Of a DNA stretch of 64,000 bases, positions 8,361-19,044 are shown piece by piece (position 1 is the stretch's first letter; each line of letters opens with the position of its first letter). The stretch is taken from assembly GCA_963663865.1 (NCBI GenBank), contig OY760686.1, forward strand, positions 1,504,001-1,568,000, written 5' to 3'. The translations under genes were made by a program, and so were the position numbers. A model generated the notes under the pieces. The model made no database searches and had not been told where the DNA came from. It saw nothing but the letters and a program-made list of their open reading frames with translations. The stretch is from Spirochaetota bacterium. Lineage in GTDB: Bacteria; Spirochaetota; UBA4802; UBA5550.

Positions 8361-9317
8361 ATGCTGATGAAATATCTTTTCGGGCCGGTTAATTCCAGGC
8401 GCCTGGGGCTTTCTCTCGGAGTTGATCTTGTTGGAAGAAAAACATGCTCTCTCGACTGCGTTTACTGTGAGAGCGGGCCGACTACTCGCCTGACAGCTGA
8501 GGCTGCCGGCTATCTTCCCGCTCAGGATGTTATTGACGAACTTGACGCGTATCTTTCCGAAAGGCCGCGCCTTGATGTCATCACCTTTTCGGGAGCTGGC
8601 GAACCGCTTCTCAACTCGGGAATAGGCGATGTTATTGAATTTCTTAAAAACACATATCCTGAGTATAAAATCTGCGTTCTGACCAACGGGACTCTTCTTA
8701 AGCTTCCTGAAGTGAGAGCCAGGATAATGAGGGCTGACATTGTTATTCCCTCTCTCGATGCCGCCTCTGAAAACGTTTTCAGAAAGATGCTGAGGCCTCA
8801 CCCGGACATTTCTGCGTCGGGAACAATTGAAGGTATAAAGGCTTTCAGCAGCGAGTTTAGAGGCACTTTGATTGTTGAGGTCTTCATTCTTCCCGGATAT
8901 AACGACTCTGCCTCTGAGCTTTCTGCAATCAGGGACGCCTGCATAAGCATAAACCCGCACTCGGTTCAGCTTAACAGCCTTGACCGCCCTGGATCGGTAG
9001 AGGGGCTTCTGAAGGCAGACGGCGAAAGGCTCGCTTCGATAGCGGAGATGTTCGGTCCTCTGAGGGTTGATATCCCCCCCTTAAAAAACACCACTGACGG
9101 GTCTATAAAGCCGGCTTCAGATGCAGGGAGCGAGGTGATGAAGTCGATAGCGCGGCGTCCGGCAACTGCGGCAGATGTTGCGTCAATGAGCGGTCTTACA
9201 GAAGAACAGGCTGAGATGGTGCTTGAACGTCTCTGTGAAGAAGGTAAGGCTGAGAGGGCAGAAATGGAAAGCGGTGTGTTTTACAGGCCCGCAGGCTCTA
9301 ATGCTGGACAGGGATAA
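8361..9317 (+). CDS. Radical SAM Fe-S protein (COG0731-like)
   Basis: FGPVNSRRLGLSLGVD, CSLDCVYC, TFSGAGEP, VLTNGT. Confidence 0.9.
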   Translation: MLMKYLFGPVNSRRLGLSLGVDLVGRKTCSLDCVYCESGPTTRLTAEAAGYLPAQDVIDELDAYLSERPRLDVITFSGAGEPLLNSGIGDVIEFLKNTYPEYKICVLTNGTLLKLPEVRARIMRADIVIPSLDAASENVFRKMLRPHPDISASGTIEGIKAFSSEFRGTLIVEVFILPGYNDSASELSAIRDACISINPHSVQLNSLDRPGSVEGLLKADGERLASIAEMFGPLRVDIPPLKNTTDGSIKPASDAGSEVMKSIARRPATAADVASMSGLTEEQAEMVLERLCEEGKAERAEMESGVFYRPAGSNAGQG

Positions 9318-9942
9318 GAATTCTTGCTGTTGTTTTCGAGGTGCCGTCGGTTGTAACCCTGAAGTTTATAGATGGAATGTTGATGTTTTTCAGAAGCACA
9401 ACGATCATTGAGATGCCGAGTCCCATGCCTTCGGCCTCAGGGTCGGGATTGTCGATGAAAAACTCGGCTATGCTGTCGTATTTTGAAGCCTGCTTCATCT
9501 TCCCTTCGATCTTCTTCATCTCCCTGTCCTGTAGAGGCAGGTTATTCGTGACCTGAATGACCGGACCCTGTTTTGTCGATTTGAGATACAGTCTTGTGCT
9601 CAATCGGTACTCTTTGCACTTAATTCCGTATTGTAGAATACCCCTGTTGTTGAGTATTGATCTCATGCTGCTTACTACGTTTTCTGTGTTTTCAGGGTCG
9701 GAAATCGCACCCTCCTTAACGAGGATGTGTTTTGAGTTTGCCTTTGTGGCGTTTGCGATTAATTCTTTTATACAGGAAATAAGCGGGGTGAAAAATGATT
9801 CGATACGGTATTTTGTCAGGAGTTTAAGCAACGAATAGCGGATTTTGTCCTCAGTGTCGTCAATCAGAGAGTAAAGCACAAAAACAATGTCGTCTCTGTT
9901 ATTGACCGCGGTCATAACATTTCTTTTAAATTCATGATCCAT
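9298..9942 (-). CDS. Stand-alone HATPase_c/GHKL-like domain protein
   Basis: N-box KELIANATKAN, G-box EAEGMGLG; homologous to the N-terminus of 19160-20656. Confidence 0.75.
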   Translation of the reverse strand: MDHEFKRNVMTAVNNRDDIVFVLYSLIDDTEDKIRYSLLKLLTKYRIESFFTPLISCIKELIANATKANSKHILVKEGAISDPENTENVVSSMRSILNNRGILQYGIKCKEYRLSTRLYLKSTKQGPVIQVTNNLPLQDREMKKIEGKMKQASKYDSIAEFFIDNPDPEAEGMGLGISMIVVLLKNINIPSINFRVTTDGTSKTTARILIPVQH

Positions 9943-10236
9943 TTTCCCATCACTTGTACGGCTTATGCTTAAACCGCTATCTCAGGCTCGATAGTCCCGT
10001 ATCAGCGTGCGGGGAAGGCGAACCTGGCCAATTAATACTTAAAAAACAGGACTTCACACCGACAGTTAAGCTTTCAGCTTTTGCAACGCTAATGGCCACG
10101 GTGTCATCCTGCCGCTTTTATATTACAGAGAGTAAAAAATTTCAAGAATAAAAATATTCTTGAAAATGATTATTGTTTACTGTCTCTGGTATCATAGCCT
10201 GAGAAGGGCGGCAGGCTGTGTTTTTTCGGCATTATA

Positions 10237-11106
10237 TTGTTAAAATTAAGTGTTTCATGCAATGGTAATTCAATGAATATACTGGATACACTGTTCCCAT
10301 CTCCTGCTGCGATGGCAGCGCTTGCCGCGGTCGGCGTTTGTTTCGGCCTGGTGCTTTCTGTAGCGAAGATAAAACTTCAGGTTGTAAAAGACCCGAGGGT
10401 TGACCTGGTCATAGACGCGCTTCCAGGGGCTAACTGCGGGGCCTGCGGATTTCCCGGATGTGCCGCTTACGCCGAGAAGATTGTGACTGAAGGCCTTGAT
10501 TTTTCTCTTTGCCCTGTGGGTGGAAGCGAGACAGTAAGGGCGATAGGTAAAATTTTGTCTGCCGGTGAGGTCAAGGCCCCCGAGCCCGAGATCGCGAAGG
10601 TTCATTGCAGGGGGGGGCTTGCCAACTCATTTGACAGATTTATCTATTCCGGGCCACTGAGCTGCTCCGCGGCTCATGCTGTTTCAGGAGGATACAAGAG
10701 CTGCGAATATGGCTGTCTCGGCTTTGGAGACTGCGTCGATTCCTGCCAGTTCTCGGCAATCGAAATGAACGATAACCGGATACCCGAGGTTTTTCCGGAT
10801 AAGTGTGTTGGATGCGGCAGCTGCGCTTTCGCGTGCCCGAGGGGCGTTATAACAATGGCGCCTGCCAGGACCGGAGTGACGGTAATGTGCAGGAACACAG
10901 ACAGGGTCCCTGTTATGAAAAAGGCCTGTTCGGTCGGATGTACCGGCTGCAGGCTTTGTGAGAAGAACTGCCCATACGATGCAATTCATGTTGAAAATTT
11001 CCGCGCTGTAATAGATTATTCGAAGTGTACTGACTGCGGCAAGTGCAGTGAAGTCTGCCCCTTCGGTGTCATAACCACGCCGCTGGCGGCTGTTGGTCCG
11101 TCATGA
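10237..11106 (+). CDS. rnfB: RnfB-type electron transport ferredoxin subunit (start may be ATG10273)
   Basis: N-terminal TM, LPGANCGACGFPGC, CPVGG, CEYGCLGFGDC and several CxxCxxCxxxCP clusters. Confidence 0.9.
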   Translation: MLKLSVSCNGNSMNILDTLFPSPAAMAALAAVGVCFGLVLSVAKIKLQVVKDPRVDLVIDALPGANCGACGFPGCAAYAEKIVTEGLDFSLCPVGGSETVRAIGKILSAGEVKAPEPEIAKVHCRGGLANSFDRFIYSGPLSCSAAHAVSGGYKSCEYGCLGFGDCVDSCQFSAIEMNDNRIPEVFPDKCVGCGSCAFACPRGVITMAPARTGVTVMCRNTDRVPVMKKACSVGCTGCRLCEKNCPYDAIHVENFRAVIDYSKCTDCGKCSEVCPFGVITTPLAAVGPS

Positions 11107-11144
11107 TGCGCCAAAAAAACTTTCTCAGCTGGAATCTCTGAGTT

Positions 11145-12161
11145 ATGAAATCTGTTTATGAAATGTCGGGAGTTGAGAAGGCCGCAGCGCTTCTGGTAAT
11201 GCTGGGCCCTGAGGCGGCTTCGGAGATTATGAAGCAGATGGATGAAGACTCGGTTGCCAGACTCTCCGTTGAAATTGCCAGATTAGAAAAGCTCAATCCG
11301 TCCGAGAAAGAGGATATCATAGGCGAGTTCTATTCAGCGCTGCGCGATGCGAGGTTTAATGTTCAAGGAGGGACGGATAGAGCCCGAACTCTCCTTCAGT
11401 CAGCCTTTGGCGACGAGAAGGCTTCCGAAATTCTTGAAAAAATTAAGCTGCGCGAGGTCGGCCGTGAGTTTGATTTTCTGCGGGATGTAGATCCGGAAAT
11501 AACAGCGGCTCTTCTCAAAAACGAGATGCCTCAGACTATTGCAGTGACACTCTACTACCTGAAGGGGGCCGTTGCTGCTTCCGTTTTGAAAGCCCTTCCT
11601 CAGAATATTTCGCGTGACGCCGCGGTCAGGATGGCTAAAATCAAGAAGATTGCGCCTGAAGCAGCAGCAGGGATAGCCGCGACCCTTAAAAAAAGTTACA
11701 GGAAGCATCTTGAGAAGGGAGAAAGCCTTAAAAGTGCTGGCGGAGTAGATGCACTTGTTGATATCATAGCGCATATGAACTATGACAGTGAGAAAAAGCT
11801 CATTAAGAATCTTGACGGCGTAGTACCCGATCTCTCCGGAATTCTTAGACAGAGGGTTTACTCTTTTGAGAATATCATTTCTCTTTCAAATAGAGATGTC
11901 AGAATTCTCATAGATGAAGTTAATGACGACACCATTCTTGCCCTTTCTCTTAAGGGTATGAGCGACGATATGCGCTTTAAGCTTATCAGGAATATGAGCC
12001 AGAACAGGGCGACGGATATTCTGGCTGAAATGGATTCTATCGGGGCCGTTAAGGTCTCCGAAGCGGAGGAGGCAAGGGCAGTTGTCGTAGAAATCATGCG
12101 GCAGCTCGATGAAAACGGTGTTATTACCGTAAGGCGCAGCGGTGAAACGTACGTCTATTAA
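11145..12161 (+). CDS. fliG: Flagellar motor switch protein FliG
   Basis: SGVEKAAALLVMLG, NEMPQTIA (EHPQ-like), GG linker, NMSQNRA, IMRQLDENGVI. Confidence 0.9.
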   Translation: MKSVYEMSGVEKAAALLVMLGPEAASEIMKQMDEDSVARLSVEIARLEKLNPSEKEDIIGEFYSALRDARFNVQGGTDRARTLLQSAFGDEKASEILEKIKLREVGREFDFLRDVDPEITAALLKNEMPQTIAVTLYYLKGAVAASVLKALPQNISRDAAVRMAKIKKIAPEAAAGIAATLKKSYRKHLEKGESLKSAGGVDALVDIIAHMNYDSEKKLIKNLDGVVPDLSGILRQRVYSFENIISLSNRDVRILIDEVNDDTILALSLKGMSDDMRFKLIRNMSQNRATDILAEMDSIGAVKVSEAEEARAVVVEIMRQLDENGVITVRRSGETYVY

Positions 12162-12194
12162 ATAACAATACTACGATGATGGATAATATTTAAT

Positions 12195-13742
12195 ATGGAT
12201 TTAAACAGTTTTAATCTTCACGAAGATGTGATTAAAGGAATAAAGGATACCGGATTCACCGAGTTTATGCCGGTGCAGGAAAAAACCTTTGCTGAATCGC
12301 TGAGCGGGCGTGACGTCATGGTGCAGTCTCAGACCGGTTCGGGGAAAACGGCCGCGTTTCTGATAACTGTCTTTAATGTGATGATGAGATCGGAAGATAG
12401 GACTTCAAAGAAAGCCCTTGTTGTAGTTCCGACCAGAGAGCTTGCGGTTCAAATTGAAAAGGAAGCTGAACTTCTTGGAAGGCACCTCGGAATAAAAACA
12501 GGGAGTTTTTATGGTGGTGTCGGTTACGGAAAGCAGGAAGCTCTTTTGAAGGACAATGTACAGCTTATTATCGGAACTCCGGGAAGGCTGATCGATTTCG
12601 CAAACAGCGGCAAGCTTGATTTTAAGTCTATTGACATGCTTGTTATTGATGAAGCGGACCGCCTCTTTGATATGGGCTTTTTCCCTGACATCAAGCGGAT
12701 GCTCAAAAAAATGAAGGACAAAAACTCAAGGCAGACAATGCTTTTCAGCGCCACGCTTAATTTCAGGGTAAGAAACCTGGCGTGGGATTACATGAACGAC
12801 CCGGCAGAGATACTTCTCGCGCCTGACAACATAACTGTAGACAACATATCGCAGGAGCTTTATCATGTAGGAACATCTGAGAAGATAAATCTGCTGCTTG
12901 GTTTAATGAAGAAGCTGAATCCTTCGAATGCTATTGTATTTGCCAATACAAAGCAGATGGTATTCGAGCTCTCGAAAAGGCTGGCGATTAACGGATATAA
13001 GGTTCAGTATATAATTGGAGACCTTCCCCAGTCAAAAAGGCTTGATGTTATCAGCAAGGTTAAATCAGGAGAGGTTCCTTTTCTGGTCGCTACTGATGTC
13101 GCAGCAAGAGGACTGCATGTCGACGACCTGGAGCTTGTCATTAACTACGATATTCCCGAGGATTGCGAAAACTATGTCCACCGCATTGGAAGGACAGCGA
13201 GGGCAGGGAAAACCGGACGGGCTATATCCCTCTCCTGTGAAAAATACGTTTACGGCCTTGAAGCCATTGAAAGATACACGGGCATAAAAATTCCAGTTGT
13301 CTGGGCAGAGGAATCTGATTATGCGGATGACGCGAGTGCCGGAATGCGGTTCCGTCTGAATACAGAACAGGACAAAAGGGAGAAAGGTGGGAAGGATAGA
13401 CGTTCAGTCAGGAAGCGCGACGCGGAAAAACTCACTGCTCACAGGTCGCGGACTGAAAAACCTCGTGTAAGGACTTCCGGAGAAGGCCAGCATCAGTCTG
13501 AAAACAAGTCTTATCCAAAGGCGGTCAAAGTCGGAAAGGACAGGCCCGACTATAAGAAGGTCCGCAGGCCGAATACTCCCCAAAAGAAAGGCGGTTCGCT
13601 TGAGGACAGGCTGCAGTATTACAGCAGCAAATATGGAGAGGATTTCAAACCTGTTAAAAGGGATGGCAGGCCGGCCAAAGCCGGAAAGGGCATTTTAAAT
13701 AAAATCGCCTCAATTTTCAAACGCGGAAGCAAAAAAAGATGA
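12195..13742 (+). CDS. DEAD-box RNA helicase (RhlB/RhlE-like) with basic C-terminal tail
   Basis: QTGSGKT, PTRELA, TPGR, DEAD, SAT, ARGL, HRIGRTAR. Confidence 0.95.
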   Translation: MDLNSFNLHEDVIKGIKDTGFTEFMPVQEKTFAESLSGRDVMVQSQTGSGKTAAFLITVFNVMMRSEDRTSKKALVVVPTRELAVQIEKEAELLGRHLGIKTGSFYGGVGYGKQEALLKDNVQLIIGTPGRLIDFANSGKLDFKSIDMLVIDEADRLFDMGFFPDIKRMLKKMKDKNSRQTMLFSATLNFRVRNLAWDYMNDPAEILLAPDNITVDNISQELYHVGTSEKINLLLGLMKKLNPSNAIVFANTKQMVFELSKRLAINGYKVQYIIGDLPQSKRLDVISKVKSGEVPFLVATDVAARGLHVDDLELVINYDIPEDCENYVHRIGRTARAGKTGRAISLSCEKYVYGLEAIERYTGIKIPVVWAEESDYADDASAGMRFRLNTEQDKREKGGKDRRSVRKRDAEKLTAHRSRTEKPRVRTSGEGQHQSENKSYPKAVKVGKDRPDYKKVRRPNTPQKKGGSLEDRLQYYSSKYGEDFKPVKRDGRPAKAGKGILNKIASIFKRGSKKR

Positions 13743-14206
13743 CGCTATCTCGGCGGACTCAAATGAGAAAGTCTTCAGCCGCGTGGCTGGGGGCGATGTT
13801 CCTTGCCTTCGTCATCAATATAAGCGCCGCTGCGCAGAACGGTATGTCTGTATCAGATTCGGAGGCAAAAACTGCGGTGGAGATTCTGTCCGAACTGAAT
13901 GAATACAGCGGAAAAGAAATAACCATGCGTCTCAGACTCAAGTACATTGACCGCGTCTTCGAAAAGATTGTTTTCTATGATAAAAAAAACTATGATGTTG
14001 AGTTTGATATCAACAGGAAGGTGCTTCATGTTCCTGCTGAGAAGATCAGAGGGCTTCACGAAGGCCTGGAATATATTGTACATTTCAGAGTGAAGGGAGT
14101 CGGCGGAAACCGTACACTCGCCGGCGAGCTTTTGAACCTTGAGCCGGCTTTTCTTGTAAAAGTGCCTGAAAGTGAAAGAGGTCCCGAAAATGGGAAGGCA
14201 GAATAG
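13739..14206 (+). CDS. Exported hypothetical protein (possible OB-fold)
   Basis: Signal peptide ending AAA; overlaps the upstream stop (ATGA). Confidence 0.65.
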   Translation: MTLSRRTQMRKSSAAWLGAMFLAFVINISAAAQNGMSVSDSEAKTAVEILSELNEYSGKEITMRLRLKYIDRVFEKIVFYDKKNYDVEFDINRKVLHVPAEKIRGLHEGLEYIVHFRVKGVGGNRTLAGELLNLEPAFLVKVPESERGPENGKAE

Positions 14207-14352
14207 CTGGGCGGCTATTCTGCCTTCAGCTTTGTTAAGCAGTGCCAAGTTTCAATATGATAAAATCGGGAGGGAAATACCATATCTATACTTGTTGTTT
14301 TATTATCGGTTGGAAGGGAAAATATCTTTAGTAAAAAAAATGGTGCTTTTGA

Positions 14353-15273
14353 TTGAACGGTAAAATTATTAAGATCTACGGCCGTCACTACAATGTACTG
14401 GCCGGTGGACGGGTCTTTGACTGCTCACTCAGGGGAGCCATACGAAGAGATGAAAGAATGAAAAGGTTCTCTGACCCGGCGGCTGTCGGCGATGAGGTCG
14501 AGTTTGAGATCCTTGATGACGGCAGCGGATTGATAACCTCAATTTGCGACAGGCGCAATATGTTCTCCAGAAAGGATTCCTCATCAAGAAAAGAGGATGT
14601 GATTGCGGCTAATATTGACCGCATTGTTGTCATACAGTGTTACGGAGAGCCAAGGTTGAATCCGAGGTTTGTGGACAGAATTCTCGTAAGGGGGATGAAA
14701 GAGTCGGTTGAGACTCTTCTCTTTATAAATAAAAGCGATCTGGCAGATGATTTCACTCGCGGCTACATACAGCGCTATTATGCACTGTCTGGCCTCAGGA
14801 TCATTGAGGTCAGCGCCCTCGACGGCAGCGGCATTGATGATGTCAGGGAGCTTCTCGGCAAGGGGATATCTGTTTTTACCGGCTATTCGGGAGTCGGGAA
14901 GTCAAGTATTCTGAACTCTGTGTATCCGGGGCTGGAATTGAGAACAACAGATGTATCTGAAAGTACCGGGAAGGGCCGGCACACAACCACTAATGTCCAG
15001 CTGGTTATGAGAGATGAAGGCTGCGGTGTAATTGACACTCCAGGAATGCGCGAATTTGGTCTTATGGACATTGAGCCTGAAGACTTACAGGACTTTTTTC
15101 CGGAGTTCGCGAAGTTGAGGGGCAGGTGCAGGTTTTCCGGATGCACGCATGATCATGAGCCTCAGTGTGAGGTTAAGGATCATGTTGAACGTGGGGACAT
15201 TGATGAAGATAGATACATATCTTACCTTAATATTTTAAATTCGCTGAAGGAGTACCGTGCCAGGAGATACTGA
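14353..15273 (+). CDS. rsgA: Ribosome small subunit-dependent GTPase A
   Basis: NKSD, GYSGVGKS, GRHTTT, DTPG, CRFSGCTHDHEPQC. Confidence 0.95.
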   Translation: MNGKIIKIYGRHYNVLAGGRVFDCSLRGAIRRDERMKRFSDPAAVGDEVEFEILDDGSGLITSICDRRNMFSRKDSSSRKEDVIAANIDRIVVIQCYGEPRLNPRFVDRILVRGMKESVETLLFINKSDLADDFTRGYIQRYYALSGLRIIEVSALDGSGIDDVRELLGKGISVFTGYSGVGKSSILNSVYPGLELRTTDVSESTGKGRHTTTNVQLVMRDEGCGVIDTPGMREFGLMDIEPEDLQDFFPEFAKLRGRCRFSGCTHDHEPQCEVKDHVERGDIDEDRYISYLNILNSLKEYRARRY

Positions 15274-16012
15274 AATGTTGTATGCCGGTGATGCCATGAT
15301 TAGAACCGAACAGCTTGGAATTGATTTCGAAGGCAGGATGATACTTGACAGCATTGATATATCGGTCTCGCCTGGGGAGACCGTTGCGGTTTTAGGACGA
15401 AACGGATGCGGAAAGACTCTGCTTCTTAAATCCATTGCCGGCCTTTTCCCTTTCTCAAGGGGGAGCGTCTTTCTGGGAAAAAAACCTGACGGTTCGGAGT
15501 CGTCAACCGCTTATGTTTTTCAGAAAGGTGGACTTTTCGATTATCTGAATGTTTTTGACAATACCGCGTTCGGACTTAGAAGAAGAGAGTTCTCTGAAGA
15601 CGAAGTTCGAGACAGGGTCATGTCGTCTCTCAAGCGGGTAGGGCTCTCGGGAAACGAGAACAAGTATCCGTCAGAGCTTTCTGGCGGAATGCAGAAAAGA
15701 GCGGGACTTGCCCGGGCCGTGTGCATGTCGCCCGATATTATCCTTTATGATGATCCTTCGGCGGGACTTGACCCGGTTCTCAGCGATTCAATAGCCGATC
15801 TGGTGCTGGGAATCGCGGAGACATCTGGAACTACGTCTGTTCTCGTAACACATGACATGAGTTTTGCTGAAAAGACAGCGGACAGAATAATGCTTCTTTA
15901 CGCGGGAACAGCGGTTTTCGACGGAAGGTGCGGCGATTTTTTTTCAGGAGGCAATGTTTACGCCCAACAGTTTATTGAGGGACGAATAGACGGCCCAATG
16001 GATTATATGTAA
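15257..16012 (+). CDS. ABC transporter ATP-binding protein, MlaF-like (start may be 15275 or 15296)
   Basis: GRNGCGKT, LSGGMQKRAGLARA, ILYDDPSAGLDP, VTHD, QQFIEGRIDGPM. Confidence 0.88.
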   Translation: MPGDTEMLYAGDAMIRTEQLGIDFEGRMILDSIDISVSPGETVAVLGRNGCGKTLLLKSIAGLFPFSRGSVFLGKKPDGSESSTAYVFQKGGLFDYLNVFDNTAFGLRRREFSEDEVRDRVMSSLKRVGLSGNENKYPSELSGGMQKRAGLARAVCMSPDIILYDDPSAGLDPVLSDSIADLVLGIAETSGTTSVLVTHDMSFAEKTADRIMLLYAGTAVFDGRCGDFFSGGNVYAQQFIEGRIDGPMDYM

Positions 16013-16091
16013 AATATAACCTTGAAAAAGCATGATACCTATCGCTATTGCGCATTAGCAGTATTAACTGATTATATATTATGAGGATTAA

Positions 16092-17075
16092 ATGGATATT
16101 AAAAAAGAAAGCAAATACGACATCTCCGGAATAGGCTCAGCGTTGCTCGACATGACGGTTAAAGTTAATGAAGATTTTTTGAGTGAGCTTAAGCTCGGAC
16201 ATGGGACAATGAATCTTGTTGGTGAATCTGAAAGCCTGGGAATTCAGGGAAAAATGTCTTCTATGAGTGCTGAGATTACTGCAGGAGGAAGTTCAGCTAA
16301 CACTGTTGCCGGGGCAGCTTTGCTGCGCGCATCAACAGTGTTTATGGGGACCGTCGGAGCTGATGTAAACGGCAAAAGATATATCGAAGAAACCGCTGCC
16401 GCTGGAGTAAAGCCTGAGCTTTCGACAGCTGAAGGAATGACGGGGCTGGCAATAACGCTTATCACACCGGACTCGGAAAGAACATTCGCGACACATCTCG
16501 GTGCAGCGCTTAAATTCAGAAAAGAAAATATCTCAACAGAAGCAGTGGCCCAATCAAAGATACTGCATCTTGAGGGATACCTCTTTGAAGACGACAATCT
16601 GTATTCGGCGTGCGTAGAGGCAATGGAGATTGCGGCGAATAGCGGGACTCTCGTGTCGGTTGACCTTGCTGATCCGGCACTAATTGGAAGAATACACGAC
16701 CGATTTTCTCATGTGCTTAAAACATATGCAGATATCGTCTTTGTCAACGAGGACGAGGCCAGGGCTTTTACCGGGCGTGAAAAGGGAGATGCTCTGAATG
16801 ATCTGGCGGAATCCGTATCTTTTGCGGTTGTTAAGCTCGGGGCTGAGGGAAGCCTGATTAAAACAGCAGGCAGGGTCTATTCAATAGCGCCATTTGCTGC
16901 TGAAGTTGTCAATACCAATGGAGCAGGGGACATGTACGCCGCGGGCATACTCCACGGCCTGTGCAGGGGGATGGAGCCGGATATGGCAGGAAAGATTGCA
17001 AGCTTCTGCGCGGCTAAAGTTGTGTCGCAGTCTCCGGCAAGACTTTCACAAAGGCCGGATCTTTCCGGATTGTAA
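16092..17075 (+). CDS. PfkB-family carbohydrate/adenosine kinase
   Basis: AGGSSANT, FVNEDEA, VKLGAEG, NTNGAGD. Confidence 0.92.
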   Translation: MDIKKESKYDISGIGSALLDMTVKVNEDFLSELKLGHGTMNLVGESESLGIQGKMSSMSAEITAGGSSANTVAGAALLRASTVFMGTVGADVNGKRYIEETAAAGVKPELSTAEGMTGLAITLITPDSERTFATHLGAALKFRKENISTEAVAQSKILHLEGYLFEDDNLYSACVEAMEIAANSGTLVSVDLADPALIGRIHDRFSHVLKTYADIVFVNEDEARAFTGREKGDALNDLAESVSFAVVKLGAEGSLIKTAGRVYSIAPFAAEVVNTNGAGDMYAAGILHGLCRGMEPDMAGKIASFCAAKVVSQSPARLSQRPDLSGL

Positions 17076-17139
17076 TATCGCTTTTTAGTGTCTGGTACAC
17101 CTGTGTAAATGTGTCCCGGGCACTTTTAACGCCTGATTT

Positions 17140-18150
17140 TCAAGGAGTTTTGACTAAATTCTGTTCATTCTCAAAAAGGCCGCATACGCTTTTTACAGCA
17201 TGGGCGTAGGCTTCGTCAAAGCTGAGATTTGATTTGAAACCGGCGGCGTTTTTGTGCCCTCCGCCGCCGTTGGCCATAGCGATTTCGGCCACGTTGTAGT
17301 CGCCTTTTGTCCGCATGCTGATTTTTACCGGGCCTTCATAGTCCTGTTTCACGAGCAGGCTCGCTCTGACGCCCTTAACTGTCAGGGGAAGGTTAATCGC
17401 GGATTCACCTTCAACGAAAGCCGCATGAGAGTCGTGAAGCATATCGCGTGTCAGTTTGAGAGCTATGACTTTGCCGCCCGCCAGAACCTCCATGCTTGAC
17501 AGAATGCGGCTTCTAAGTTCAAAGCTGGAGAGCGTGTTGCTTTCGTAAAGGTGCTCGTAGCAGAGAAAGGGGTCTGCTCCCATCTCCATGCAGTGGGCTG
17601 CTATTCGGTAAGTCCAGGCCGAGGTTTTGGGATAGCGGAAAGAGCCCGTGTCAAAGAGCATTCCTGTGTAGATAGCCTGGGCCGATTTAAATGAAAGAGG
17701 CTTTTTGTAGTACTGTATAATGTCATAGATTATTTCGCTTGCAGAAGAGGCCTCAACCTTGATGAAATTTTTCTCGAATTTGTTGCGGTCTCCCTCATGG
17801 TGGTCGATTATGAAAAGACCTGAAACCTTCGAGCTGAAATATGAGTGTGCAGCTCCGATGTTTTCATAGTCGTTTGTATCCAGAACGAATTGAGCATAGC
17901 CTTCTATGTTGTATTTGCCGGGATTTTCTCTGTCGTAGATGTTGATTTCGTTTTCAACGTCTATGAACTTAACCGTTTCTGGGACAGGATCCGAGTTTAT
18001 TATAATTGATATCTTCCCGAGTGAACGGAGAAGCTCATTAAAGGCTATTTCGGCCCCAAGGCCGTCAGCGTCGGGGCTCTCATGAGTTGAAATCACGAAT
18101 TTGTCGTACTTCTGAAGATATTCGTCTAGTTTAATAAATCCGGATTCCAT
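17140..18150 (-). CDS. nrnA: DHH/DHHA1 phosphoesterase (NrnA oligoribonuclease/pAp phosphatase)
   Basis: HESPDADG, IDHH, DTGSFRY, GGGGHKNAAG. Confidence 0.9.
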   Translation of the reverse strand: MESGFIKLDEYLQKYDKFVISTHESPDADGLGAEIAFNELLRSLGKISIIINSDPVPETVKFIDVENEINIYDRENPGKYNIEGYAQFVLDTNDYENIGAAHSYFSSKVSGLFIIDHHEGDRNKFEKNFIKVEASSASEIIYDIIQYYKKPLSFKSAQAIYTGMLFDTGSFRYPKTSAWTYRIAAHCMEMGADPFLCYEHLYESNTLSSFELRSRILSSMEVLAGGKVIALKLTRDMLHDSHAAFVEGESAINLPLTVKGVRASLLVKQDYEGPVKISMRTKGDYNVAEIAMANGGGGHKNAAGFKSNLSFDEAYAHAVKSVCGLFENEQNLVKTP

Positions 18151-18165
18151 CTGAAGATGTCCTCA

Positions 18166-19044
18166 TCATCCCTTCAAAAGGGGATGACCCATGGATTCCC
18201 TTATATTTACATACTGCTCTGCGCAGCGTCTTGCTATATTCCTGACTCTGGCAATATAGCCAACCCTTTCAGTTACAGAAATGGCTCCTCGGGCGTCGAG
18301 CATATTGAAAGCATGTGAGCATTTGAGAACAAAGTCATATGCCGGCAGGACCAGATCGATGTTACCATTATCGAGAATTGACAGACATTCCTTTTCGTAG
18401 AGATCAAACAGTTTAAAGTAGAGTGAAGTGTCGGCAATATTGAAATTGTAGTGTGAAAACTCAAATTCGCTTCTGTGATGGACATCTCTATATGAAAGCC
18501 TGTCGTTCCATTTAATGTCGAATACGCTGTCCACGCCCTGAATAAACATGCAGATGCGCTCAAGCCCGTAGGTCAACTCTGCAGTTACCGGAGAGAGCTC
18601 AATGCTGCCGCACTGCTGAAAGTAGGTGAACTGAGTAATTTCCATTCCATTGAGCCATACTTCCCAACCGAGTCCTGCTGCGCCGAGGGTCGGGGACTCC
18701 CAGTCGTCTTCAACAAACCTGACATCGTGCTCTTTAAGGTCAATGCCCAGGAATCTGAGTGAGTCGAGATACATGTCCTGAATATCAGCCGGTGAGGGTT
18801 TCATGACAACCTGATACTGGTAGTAGTGCTGCAGCCTGTTCGGATTATCGCCGTAGCGTCCGTCTGTGGGTCTTCTTGACGGCTCAACATAGGCCGCGTT
18901 CCAGGGCTCAGGCCCAAGAACCCGAAGAAAAGTTGATGGATTAAAGGTTCCGGCGCCAACTTCCAGATCGTATCCCTGTATGACTGCACAACCGCGAGCG
19001 GCCCAGTATTCGTTTAGCTTCGATATTAGTTCCTGAAAAAACAT
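18166..19044 (-). CDS. glyQ: Glycine-tRNA ligase alpha subunit
   Basis: [42 protein letters not shown]; start placed at MFFQELI. Confidence 0.97.
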   Translation of the reverse strand: MFFQELISKLNEYWAARGCAVIQGYDLEVGAGTFNPSTFLRVLGPEPWNAAYVEPSRRPTDGRYGDNPNRLQHYYQYQVVMKPSPADIQDMYLDSLRFLGIDLKEHDVRFVEDDWESPTLGAAGLGWEVWLNGMEITQFTYFQQCGSIELSPVTAELTYGLERICMFIQGVDSVFDIKWNDRLSYRDVHHRSEFEFSHYNFNIADTSLYFKLFDLYEKECLSILDNGNIDLVLPAYDFVLKCSHAFNMLDARGAISVTERVGYIARVRNIARRCAEQYVNIRESMGHPLLKG

